This document shows positions 1-7,224 of a stretch of DNA of 16,789 nt, in pieces. The translations under genes and the position numbers were made by a program. Every line of letters starts with the position of its first letter. Position 1 is the stretch's first letter. The DNA is taken from contig JBILDU010000069.1 of assembly GCA_044352465.1 (NCBI GenBank), forward strand, positions 1 to 16,789, in the 5' to 3' direction. The DNA is from Bdellovibrionota bacterium. GTDB lineage: Bacteria > Bdellovibrionota_C > UBA2361. The notes beneath the pieces were generated by a model. The model was given only the letters and a program-made list of their open reading frames with translations. It was not told the origin of the DNA and made no database searches.

Positions 1-165
1 CTCGGTCTTCCGGTCTATCCCGAGGAGCGGGTGTTTCAAGAGATCGGACGTGAGCTTTGTAGGCGGTATGCCCTCTCAAACAAAACTGCGACGGTCGTCT
101 ATGGAAAGCCCGACCGTCGCAGTGGTGTGACCTCTACCGTGACACTTCGATGTCTGGGAATGTAG
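1..165 (+). CDS. 3' end of an unknown protein (partial, begins before the window)
   Basis: Frame +1 is open from base 1 to TAG at 163-165 (LGLPVYPEERVFQEIGRELCRRYALSNKTATVVYGKPDRRSGVTSTVTLRCLGM*). A more AT-rich, hairpin-rich intergenic stretch follows, convergent with the next gene. Confidence 0.55.
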   Translation, partial: LGLPVYPEERVFQEIGRELCRRYALSNKTATVVYGKPDRRSGVTSTVTLRCLGM

Positions 166-289
166 TCAATTTGAAGCTATTTTAGACATAGCTTTTAGCA
201 TCAGCATGGACGGTGAGCATGAACGGCGGTGCCATTTGCGGTAACTTTTTGGCTGAGGAGCTCCCAGGCTTCAAGCAAAAAAGTTGTGC

Positions 290-323
290 GCCTCGAACAG
301 GGGGCGGTGCCCATGTTCGAGGC
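290..323 (-). terminator. Stem-loop just downstream of the secreted Cys-rich protein gene (probable terminator)
   Basis: gcctcgaaca (290-299) pairs with tgttcgaggc (314-323), with an inner gggc/gccc stem. It lies about 10 nt past the stop at 333, and an A-run at 277-282 gives a slightly offset U-tract on the - strand. Confidence 0.5.
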
Positions 324-332
324 CACCCTTAG

Positions 333-911
333 CTAAGGTTCGACCCTCAGGAGCTCGGTTGAAAATAGATCGTAGAGATCCGCCATATCGCCACTGGAGA
401 GCGTAACTCCCTCGAGCCTGATATCCGCCTCGTTAACACCTGTTGTCGTCTGTTTGTCGCACTTGCAACTAAAGTTAATGTCGGTACATACCGACGCAGG
501 CGTGTCACCCGGATTATTGCCCCGACAGCGGAGAAGATAGTGTGAGCGGGGGAACGAGATGTCTCCGTCGACTTTACAGTTCTTGAGCTCGGCTGTCTCC
601 TTCGCTTTGCAGAATGCCTCAGCTTTTTCTTTTAATTCATTTTTTGTTCCAGCAGTCATTGCTGGATTACGAATACTTCCATCCTGATTAATGCATCGAT
701 AATCATTACCATGCTTGTCTTTTGCAGTGACACAAACGTCTATCATTTCGTAAGGGCCGATTATAACTGATACCACCGCATCAGCTCCACTGTTGCTTGA
801 GCCTGTTGCGGCTAAGGCCTCCTGATTCGTCAATGTCGCGCAAGTCATTGCGCCGAGTACAAGAGATAGAAATCGGACTCGACGAGCGGCGGGTGAAATC
901 AATAACAACAT
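333..911 (-). CDS. Hypothetical secreted Cys-rich protein (~192 aa)
   Basis: ORF 333..929. The ATG at 911 has a GGAGG Shine-Dalgarno (916-920, - strand). Signal peptide: RRVR, hydrophobic core, ALA|A cleavage site. The mature part has 8 Cys. Confidence 0.75.
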   Translation of the reverse strand: MLLLISPAARRVRFLSLVLGAMTCATLTNQEALAATGSSNSGADAVVSVIIGPYEMIDVCVTAKDKHGNDYRCINQDGSIRNPAMTAGTKNELKEKAEAFCKAKETAELKNCKVDGDISFPRSHYLLRCRGNNPGDTPASVCTDINFSCKCDKQTTTGVNEADIRLEGVTLSSGDMADLYDLFSTELLRVEP

Positions 912-1215
912 ACAACCTCCAATATCCATGAGAGAGTCGTCTTTTTGCCTAATCGAAACTGACAGGCTTTTCCTGACTCCAATACAAGTATTATGGAGCG
1001 GTCTGTGCGAAGGATTCCTAACTAGAGCTAATCACCAGAGAAGTTCTGAAAAACTCACCGCTTCGAGCGTTGATCCACGAAGGCTCTCATTGCTGAGGTC
1101 TTGTAAGATACCGAAAACTGGACAAGAAATTGGCGCGGGGCGGCGCTGCGTAACCGTGGTCTGATTCCTCTGCCTCTGATAGGAGAGGGCTGATCAGAGT
1201 CTCCCTGCCCCCCAT

Positions 1216-2571
1216 TTAAGCGTCTAAAAAGAGCTCATAAGAGCCCATCGCAAGCGGACCGGTGACCTCCTCGGGGAAAGCTTTTCTGTAGTCGATACCC
1301 AAAAATTGATCGAGGATCGTAGCGATAATCGCGCGATTATCGATCCGGGCGGGTGCTGACTCGAGAGTTCCAAACTCAGCAGCAGTAAGGATGTCGCCGT
1401 AGACCGCGTTTGCGCCCCCGTTGACCGCGCCACCCATAACCAGGGTGGTACTCCCGACACCATGATCGGTGCCGCTTCCGTTAGACGCGATCTGCCGCCC
1501 AAATTCAGTCCCCGCAACAACGAGGACGTTCTTCTCCGCCCCCATCAACTTCAGGTCGCTCATGAAAGTGGCGAGGGAGCTCCCGAGGTCGCTCATGAGT
1601 GTTTGCGTGACGGTGCTCCAATCGCGGTGAACATCGAAGCCTCCGATGCCAAGAGTGAAGATATAGCGCTCATTCGAATTTAGGGTGAGGAGCTCTTTGA
1701 CTTTCATGGCGATGTTCCGTAGCTGTCGGGAGAGGCGGGAGGAGCCGTAGCTATTTGAGAGCGGGGTCGAGTAGCCTGCCGTAGTCTGAATATCGGCGAC
1801 AGCGGGAAAGACACCGCGCGCCGCAGCGTTGAATTTGCGCTCGACGATCGATTTGCTCGGATGAGCGGAGCCCGCTTCGGCGAGGCGCTGGATGACATCG
1901 GCGACATACGCCGAATTATTCGCTCCACCGAGGTTTGCCGAGAACGAGGTGCCGTCGAACTTAAACGTCTCGAAGGTATCGATGGTCGGTGGTGGAGCGG
2001 AGCTACAGCGGGGATTGACGGGATCGCAACCGGTATTGAGCCCCCTTGCGCCGACGAAGCCGATCAGGTGAGACGACGGCTCGTTATCAAAGAGCGTCGC
2101 GGTCCATCCCCGAAATTGCCCCCCACGGGGTTGCCCCCCGATCGACATTATATTCTGAGCGTTTTCGTGAGATCCGCTCTGACCGTTGACGAGGTCATTG
2201 GAGGTATCAAGGAAAAGTTTTGTCTCGTTGATGTGAGGGAGGAGGGGCGCGAGGGCGGGATTGAGGCCAATGCCATGGTTTCCGCCGATATCGATCGCCT
2301 GGTCGGGACGGCTTGCGAAGAGTGCGTGGGGTCGTCGGGCGGCGAGGGCGCCGAAGCGGTTCCCCTCGAGAGGCAGCCAGATACCGTATTGGTCGCATCC
2401 ACCAAGAAGCTCAATGCGAACGAGGACCCGACACCCGTTGATAGCGAGGGGAGCTGGAAGCGCCGCCGCAACGCGCGGGCGCATCAGGAGACCGGACACT
2501 CCGATCCCAGCGAACATTAGATGCCGCAGGAAATCTCGTCGGCTGACCGCTGATTTCAATCGCTGTGTCAT
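1216..2571 (-). CDS. DUF1501-family protein with twin-arginine (Tat) signal
   Basis: The ATG at 2571 has an AGGAG SD (2576-2580). Tat motif SRRDFLR and AAA|L cleavage. Family-type motifs: LLGGCD, GLNPALAPL, SHENAQ, GGFDVH, TEFGR, NGSGTDHG, GGAVNGG. Lies directly downstream of a DUF1800 gene, the usual arrangement. Confidence 0.88.
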   Translation of the reverse strand: MTQRLKSAVSRRDFLRHLMFAGIGVSGLLMRPRVAAALPAPLAINGCRVLVRIELLGGCDQYGIWLPLEGNRFGALAARRPHALFASRPDQAIDIGGNHGIGLNPALAPLLPHINETKLFLDTSNDLVNGQSGSHENAQNIMSIGGQPRGGQFRGWTATLFDNEPSSHLIGFVGARGLNTGCDPVNPRCSSAPPPTIDTFETFKFDGTSFSANLGGANNSAYVADVIQRLAEAGSAHPSKSIVERKFNAAARGVFPAVADIQTTAGYSTPLSNSYGSSRLSRQLRNIAMKVKELLTLNSNERYIFTLGIGGFDVHRDWSTVTQTLMSDLGSSLATFMSDLKLMGAEKNVLVVAGTEFGRQIASNGSGTDHGVGSTTLVMGGAVNGGANAVYGDILTAAEFGTLESAPARIDNRAIIATILDQFLGIDYRKAFPEEVTGPLAMGSYELFLDA

Positions 2572-2590
2572 CGTGCTCCTTTCTCTATTG

Positions 2591-5365
2591 TCAGTGTGTC
2601 GCCGATTGATCAAAAGTTGCAAGAATCACCATGAGCCCCGCTATCTTTTCCCGCATCAGTGGACCGTCGCTCGTTGCCCAGGTAACGGGCTGCAAGCTTC
2701 CACGCCCGGTTCGCCGATGGGTCAGATATTCACGTAGAATCTCGCGCTCGCTCGCGTCGAATGAGATGTCGAACCGACGAGCGAAAAAGTCGATGACGCT
2801 CTCCGGAGAGCCATCAGCGAATTCCGGCTCAGCCATAATCACGTCGATTGCCCTACGGAGATCGTACTGCGGCTGGATCGTGGCCATATATGCGTTGAGG
2901 AAGCGGGTGAAGTTCGTGACACGAGCGATGAGAAGGTGAGAGAAGAGCCACGCTGAGGAGCCATCGATCCCGGGTGCTCGACCGCAATAGTCGTATCCGA
3001 AAACGGTGGGATAACCCAGGATGTTTTCCCCCGCACCGTTCAGGTTATCATCAATGGTATAGAGATACGTCGACACCGCATCAGGGGCGTTTTGGAGCGG
3101 AATCATCGGTAGTCCAACGGTATTGATGATCCGACTATAGACCTCGAGTGGACTACTCACGCAGTTCTTGCCTGCGGCGCGGGGACTGAACATCGCCTCC
3201 GAGGTGAGGATCAATTCAAGAAATGCACGCAGGTCGAAGTCGAGTCGTTTAAGCTCAGCGCCGAGCTCCGCAACGAGAGCTTCGGAGGGATCGGGGTAGA
3301 CGAAAGTGGCGAAGAGCTTTGCGGCGATGAAGCGGGGGAGCGCTGGATCGTGGTCGAACAGGTGGCGCACAAGGTCTCCCGGTTCGAGGGACACGTTTTC
3401 AAGGGTCCGCTCAGAGGTGAGCATAGCTGCTCCCTGGAACATCGAGCCCGGTGTGGTGTCATGCTTGGCGGGATCGTACACCGGAGCGTAGACCGGCGCT
3501 TGACCCGGTGCGAGAGCTTTAACCTGATTGACGCGAATTCCGGAGACGAAACGCGCTCCTGCGATGATGTCGAGGTCGTCTGAATAGTTAGCCGAATTGG
3601 TAAATTCGTCGATCGGACTTAAAAGATACAGTTCGAGGAGCTCGCGGGCGAAATCCTGATTTTTACCCTCGTTCACATTGTTACTGAGCCACATGTTTGA
3701 AGCTGCATCGCACAAGATACTGCCGTGATTCGGGTTCCATGGGGTAAGTGGAGCGCAGCCGTTTGAGTCAGCGCCCCCCTCTCGGCCGAGCATCATCGCG
3801 CGAAAATTGCCGAATGCCTCACGTTCGATTGTGCCGATATAGTATCCGACGAGGTTCTCCTGGAAGCCGTTAATGATCTGGGTGTTCGTCCCGAAATGCC
3901 CTGACCAGAAGTGCCACATCTTTGTGTGCAGGGGGGAGAGATATCGCGCCCGTTTGAGGTACCGCGAGGTCGTCAGATGATACCCCCAGTGGTAGCGAAA
4001 GTTATCGCCGTGCCAGCTTCGGTCGGTCGTCATCATCCACCGTTCAATGGCGAAGCTACGAGCGCTTGGATCGTTGAGATCGAGAGTGGGTGGAATGACA
4101 GGTTGGAAGCACGCACCTGGCTCTGGCGCGCCCCGTTGGCTCGATGGCGGGCAAGCTGTTTGGGGGTTAAAATCGGTTTTCCACGCGGGGATAAACTCCT
4201 CGGTGGGAATTGGTCGACCGTAAAGGAGCCGTTTTGATTGAACTGCGGTGAGGATCGGCACCAGATCGGGGGATACAAGTGTCTCATCGAGGAACCGTTC
4301 GCGGATGAGGTCCATAAGGGGCAGGCTCATGCCGGCTCCTTTGATGAGGTCAAAGCGGTTGTTCGCGAGCTTTCGCACCAGGTGCTCTCGCTCGGCGCCA
4401 GAGATATGAGCGCGGTACGGAGCGAGTGACTCCTCTCGGCCGAGGAAGTCAGGTCCGGGCAGGATCGTAACGGTGACGGTGCTCGGAGGGGCGCATCCCG
4501 CCCCGTCGGGATCGCAAGCGCGAATAGCGAAAGAGTCGGTGCCTTGAGCGAAGCCGACCGTGTAGGAGACCGCTGCTGCCGAGAGATTCGAGACTCCGCC
4601 GATAGTGGGTAGCGTGACTAATTCAACGCTTCGTGATGATCCGCACGAGGTTTTGATCCGCAGCGGGATCGATGAGGTCTCGTTTTCCCTCACGGTCGCG
4701 AGCACTGGCGGGACCTGGATATCACACCGCCTGATAGCTATGGTCGTTTCCTTAGAGCAGACCTTGTCTCCGTGTGTCGTCTTCGGTGCGCATGCCACGA
4801 TCGTTACGCTATCGTCGCCAGTACCATCGCTTGGGTGAGTCGAGTAGGTAAGTGTCCTCCCCGTGATGGTGGCGATTCCCCCGGCGGGGTAGCCTGAGAT
4901 CTGCACATCAGCCGAGGAGGAGCAGGTCGTCGATACACGAAAGCCTACCGCGCGGCTGTGTCCCGGCATCACGGCGATCGAATCGGGAGCGGCGAGGGAG
5001 ATAGTGCACGGTGTAGGCGGAGTGGGGGGCTGTACCGTTTCGTTACGGAAGCAGCTCTCGAGCGCCCTTCTTTTCGAAGCAGGGAGATTTCGGAGGGGGG
5101 GCGGTGCCTTTGTCCTATCGCTCTTGGCCCGGAGAAAGGCGGTCCGCTTCACCACAATCGGAGCGCCCTGCCTCTGGCGTATCAACGCGCGCTGACTTGG
5201 TTGGCGACTTTCGCACGAGACATCTCGTGCGATGACGGAGAACCCGCGGGGGGGCCAATAGTTCTTGGCCGATTGGCTGTGGGCATCGCCCACCGTGGTC
5301 CCGAAGGTCAGGTATACCACTGAGAAAAAAGCGATAAAGCGACCTTCGATCACCCGTGATACCAA
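2591..5365 (-). CDS. DUF1800-family protein with N-terminal signal/TM segment and two tandem Ig/cadherin-like domains
   Basis: The C-terminal half has DUF1800-type motifs (FWSGHFGT, AFGNFRAMM, NQDFARELLELYLL, DIIAGARFVSG, KHD, RFIAAKL, SSPLE, PTVFGY). The start is uncertain (TTG 5365 or GTG 5353). The stop is 19 nt upstream of the DUF1501 start. Confidence 0.85.
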   Translation of the reverse strand: MVSRVIEGRFIAFFSVVYLTFGTTVGDAHSQSAKNYWPPRGFSVIARDVSCESRQPSQRALIRQRQGAPIVVKRTAFLRAKSDRTKAPPPLRNLPASKRRALESCFRNETVQPPTPPTPCTISLAAPDSIAVMPGHSRAVGFRVSTTCSSSADVQISGYPAGGIATITGRTLTYSTHPSDGTGDDSVTIVACAPKTTHGDKVCSKETTIAIRRCDIQVPPVLATVRENETSSIPLRIKTSCGSSRSVELVTLPTIGGVSNLSAAAVSYTVGFAQGTDSFAIRACDPDGAGCAPPSTVTVTILPGPDFLGREESLAPYRAHISGAEREHLVRKLANNRFDLIKGAGMSLPLMDLIRERFLDETLVSPDLVPILTAVQSKRLLYGRPIPTEEFIPAWKTDFNPQTACPPSSQRGAPEPGACFQPVIPPTLDLNDPSARSFAIERWMMTTDRSWHGDNFRYHWGYHLTTSRYLKRARYLSPLHTKMWHFWSGHFGTNTQIINGFQENLVGYYIGTIEREAFGNFRAMMLGREGGADSNGCAPLTPWNPNHGSILCDAASNMWLSNNVNEGKNQDFARELLELYLLSPIDEFTNSANYSDDLDIIAGARFVSGIRVNQVKALAPGQAPVYAPVYDPAKHDTTPGSMFQGAAMLTSERTLENVSLEPGDLVRHLFDHDPALPRFIAAKLFATFVYPDPSEALVAELGAELKRLDFDLRAFLELILTSEAMFSPRAAGKNCVSSPLEVYSRIINTVGLPMIPLQNAPDAVSTYLYTIDDNLNGAGENILGYPTVFGYDYCGRAPGIDGSSAWLFSHLLIARVTNFTRFLNAYMATIQPQYDLRRAIDVIMAEPEFADGSPESVIDFFARRFDISFDASEREILREYLTHRRTGRGSLQPVTWATSDGPLMREKIAGLMVILATFDQSATH

Positions 5366-5799
5366 CCCGATTTAACCCTCAAACTGGCCACTAGTATCTC
5401 AACGAGACGCTCGATGAGTGTCACCTCTAGGAAAACCTCGCAGGAGTGGTAACGTTTTTTAGCGGCTACGCTCCCATTGCAAGAGGTGTTCCCAGCGATG
5501 AACCCGCATCTGTTCGCGTTCAACTGGCTCATTCGGTAGGGCGATGCCAAACGCCCCGTTGAAAATTGCGTAGTCGCACGGCGCTCGATACGACTCCGGA
5601 TGGTCGCTTGCAGTGCGCTTCGGGCAAAAGGTTCGGAAGCGCGGGCGCGGGCTGCTGCAGCGCCTCGTTATCGCTTTTGTGGCCCGGTATTATTTCGAGG
5701 CAAGTCTATTTTTCCCTTTCTCTTTGCACCGCTTTACGATGCTTCCACGGATGGATGTTCCAGCACGGTTTTACCTTTTTTTCTCTCAAGGAGTGAGCG

Positions 5800-6048
5800 A
5801 TGAAGATGTACGAGACCTCGCGGAGGGATCGTCTTAGGTTGTGGCTTTTCCTCTCGGTGGCGCACCTAGGGGTGATGCTTTTGGTAGGGCCCGACCTCGT
5901 CCGAAGCGAGGAGCCGTCCCTGATTGCGGTTTATCTCGTGGGGCTGCTTGTGGCGCTCAACGGGAGCAAGCCGATGATGTTGACTGAGTCGCGGGTGAAG
6001 ATCGGTAAGTTCGGAGGTCTTACCGGCACGCTCGATGACTTGGTGTAG
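5800..6048 (+). CDS. Small hypothetical membrane protein (82 aa, two hydrophobic segments)
   Basis: AAGGAG SD precedes the ATG. Two hydrophobic stretches (LWLFLSVAHLGVMLLVG; LIAVYLVGLLVAL). It fills the gap ahead of the bidirectional terminator at 6156-6184. Confidence 0.55.
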   Translation: MKMYETSRRDRLRLWLFLSVAHLGVMLLVGPDLVRSEEPSLIAVYLVGLLVALNGSKPMMLTESRVKIGKFGGLTGTLDDLV

Positions 6049-6155
6049 GGGCCGCTGCAAAAGCCTCGGACTCTTGGGCCGCGGCAAAGGTTTTTGATCG
6101 AACATCCATCCTCCATCGTGCGGGTGTTCTCCTTGAATACCGGTGCCGTCAGATC

Positions 6156-6184
6156 AAAAAAAAAGCCCCGTGAGGGGCTTTTTT
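6156..6184. terminator. Bidirectional rho-independent terminator (efp / small membrane ORF)
   Basis: A9-gcccc-gtga-ggggc-T6, 11 nt past the efp stop. Confidence 0.9.
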
Positions 6185-6195
6185 ATCGCGGAGAG

Positions 6196-6753
6196 CTATT
6201 CCGCTCGGCTCAGATACTTGGACTCGGCCGTGTTGACGAGGATCTTATCACCGACTTTCACGAACGGTGGCACCGAAACGGTGAGGCCGGTGTCGGTCGT
6301 TGCTGGTTTCGGGGAGTTACTCGCAGTTGCACCTCTTAGTTCCGGTTCGGTTTCGACCACGGTAAGGACAACGGTCTGGGGCAGGTTGATTCCGATGGGT
6401 TCACCATTGAAGGTGGTGATCTCGACAGCCATCTGATCCTGGAGGAAGTACTTGCCATCTCCCAAGATCTGCTCTGAAATCGTGACCTCCTCAAACGAGT
6501 CGGAATTCATGAAGTGATAACCGTCTCCATCGGCATAGAGATAGGTGGCGGGGGAGGTCATGACGTCAGCTTCTTCGATATTTTCAGTTGAGCTGTAGCG
6601 AACCTCGGTCTGATTGCCGGTGAGCAGATTTCGAAGTTTCGTCTGAACCATCGCGCGAAGGTTGCCGGGGGTGTGGTGATAGAAATCGATCACGCGGTGG
6701 GGCACGTTATTGTGCATAATCACTACACCACGGCGGATATCGTTTGCCTTCAT
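6196..6753 (-). CDS. efp: Translation elongation factor P (non-canonical PGNL loop)
   Basis: 185 aa with EF-P hallmarks: HHTPG loop, KLRNLLTG, YLYADGDGYHFMNSDSFE, LPQTVVLTVVETEP, KPATTDTG, VPPFVKVGDKILVNT, YLSRA. Confidence 0.95.
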   Translation of the reverse strand: MKANDIRRGVVIMHNNVPHRVIDFYHHTPGNLRAMVQTKLRNLLTGNQTEVRYSSTENIEEADVMTSPATYLYADGDGYHFMNSDSFEEVTISEQILGDGKYFLQDQMAVEITTFNGEPIGINLPQTVVLTVVETEPELRGATASNSPKPATTDTGLTVSVPPFVKVGDKILVNTAESKYLSRAE

Positions 6754-6821
6754 AGGACCTATCTTTACGCTTACAGTTATTTGGGTGTTGGAGCCGAGTC
6801 TCCGGCCCGAAAAACGGAGAT

Positions 6822-6850
6822 ATTGTAGCTGTTAATAGGCCCTAATGCAA
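6822..6850 (-). promoter_or_regulatory. Sigma70-type promoter for efp
   Basis: On the - strand: TTGCAT (6850-6845), 17 nt spacer, TACAAT (6827-6822). Confidence 0.75.
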
Positions 6851-6866
6851 AATCCCCTGGATGGGG

Positions 6867-6895
6867 TTGCAATCCCTCAAAAGCTCAATTACATT
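6867..6895 (+). promoter_or_regulatory. Sigma70-type promoter for tRNA-Ala
   Basis: TTGCAA (6867-6872), 17 nt spacer, TACATT (6890-6895), then a GC-rich discriminator (gccac). The tRNA starts 10 nt after the -10 box. Confidence 0.75.
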
Positions 6896-6905
6896 GCCAC
6901 TCTAC

Positions 6906-6978
6906 GGGCCCATAGCTCAGCTGGTAGAGCGCGTCGTTCGCAATGACGAGGCCGGCGGTTCGATCCCGCCTGGGTCCA
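6906..6978 (+). tRNA. tRNA-Ala (anticodon CGC); CCA end not encoded
   Basis: Cloverleaf: acceptor GGGCCCA/TGGGTCC with the G3:U70 Ala identity pair; D-arm GCTC..GAGC; anticodon arm CGTCG-TT[CGC]AA-TGACG (anticodon 6939-6941); T-arm GGCGG-TTCGATC-CCGCC; discriminator A followed by CT. Confidence 0.97.
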
Positions 6979-6979
6979 C

Positions 6980-7057
6980 TCGACTCGCTTCGCTCGCTCG
7001 TGGCAGGCCACTCGTTTAAAGCGAGTTGAGTGCCTTGAGCGAGCGAGAGCCAGTCGA
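6980..7057. repeat. Long imperfect palindrome (REP-like) abutting the tRNA 3' end
   Basis: Paired segments: tcgact/agtcga; tcgctcgctc (6990-6999)/gagcgagcga (7037-7046); ggca/tgcc; actcg/cgagt around a tttaaa centre. Confidence 0.7.
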
Positions 7058-7197
7058 AACGGTAACTGCGGTGCGGGACCGGTTTGAATTGGTTCCGCAG
7101 AGGGGGCGGTTGTCCGATTCGAACTTGGCTTTCGCCAAGATTCGAATGATGGCCAAGGGCTGCGTCCTTGGCCGCCGTGTTTGGTTCGATTAGCTTC

Positions 7198-7224
7198 CCA
7201 CCCTCGCCACCACCCTCGCCACCA
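7198..7224. repeat. 12-bp tandem direct repeat (ccaccctcgcca x2 + cca)
   Basis: Read directly: 7198-7209 is identical to 7210-7221, followed by a partial third copy. Confidence 0.85.

Noticed and set aside
928..1164. 78-aa + strand ORF between the Cys-rich gene and DUF1501
   Set aside because: No SD or recognisable motif, and it overlaps the likely promoter region of the - strand gene.
1861..2737. 219-aa and 158-aa + strand ORFs, and other short ORFs within 1216-5365
   Set aside because: Antisense or alternative-frame shadows of the well-supported DUF1501/DUF1800 genes in GC-rich DNA.
5612..5665. gggcaaa..ggaa..gggcgc resembling a c-di-GMP-I riboswitch
   Set aside because: The P2 arms around the tetraloop do not pair and P3 is not evident. 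Only a 7-bp gcgcttc/gaagcgc stem is present.
7180..7224. ggttcgat..ccctcgccacca as a second tRNA/tmRNA 3' end or att duplicate
   Set aside because: It cannot form a T-arm and acceptor stem, and it does not match the tRNA-Ala 3' end.
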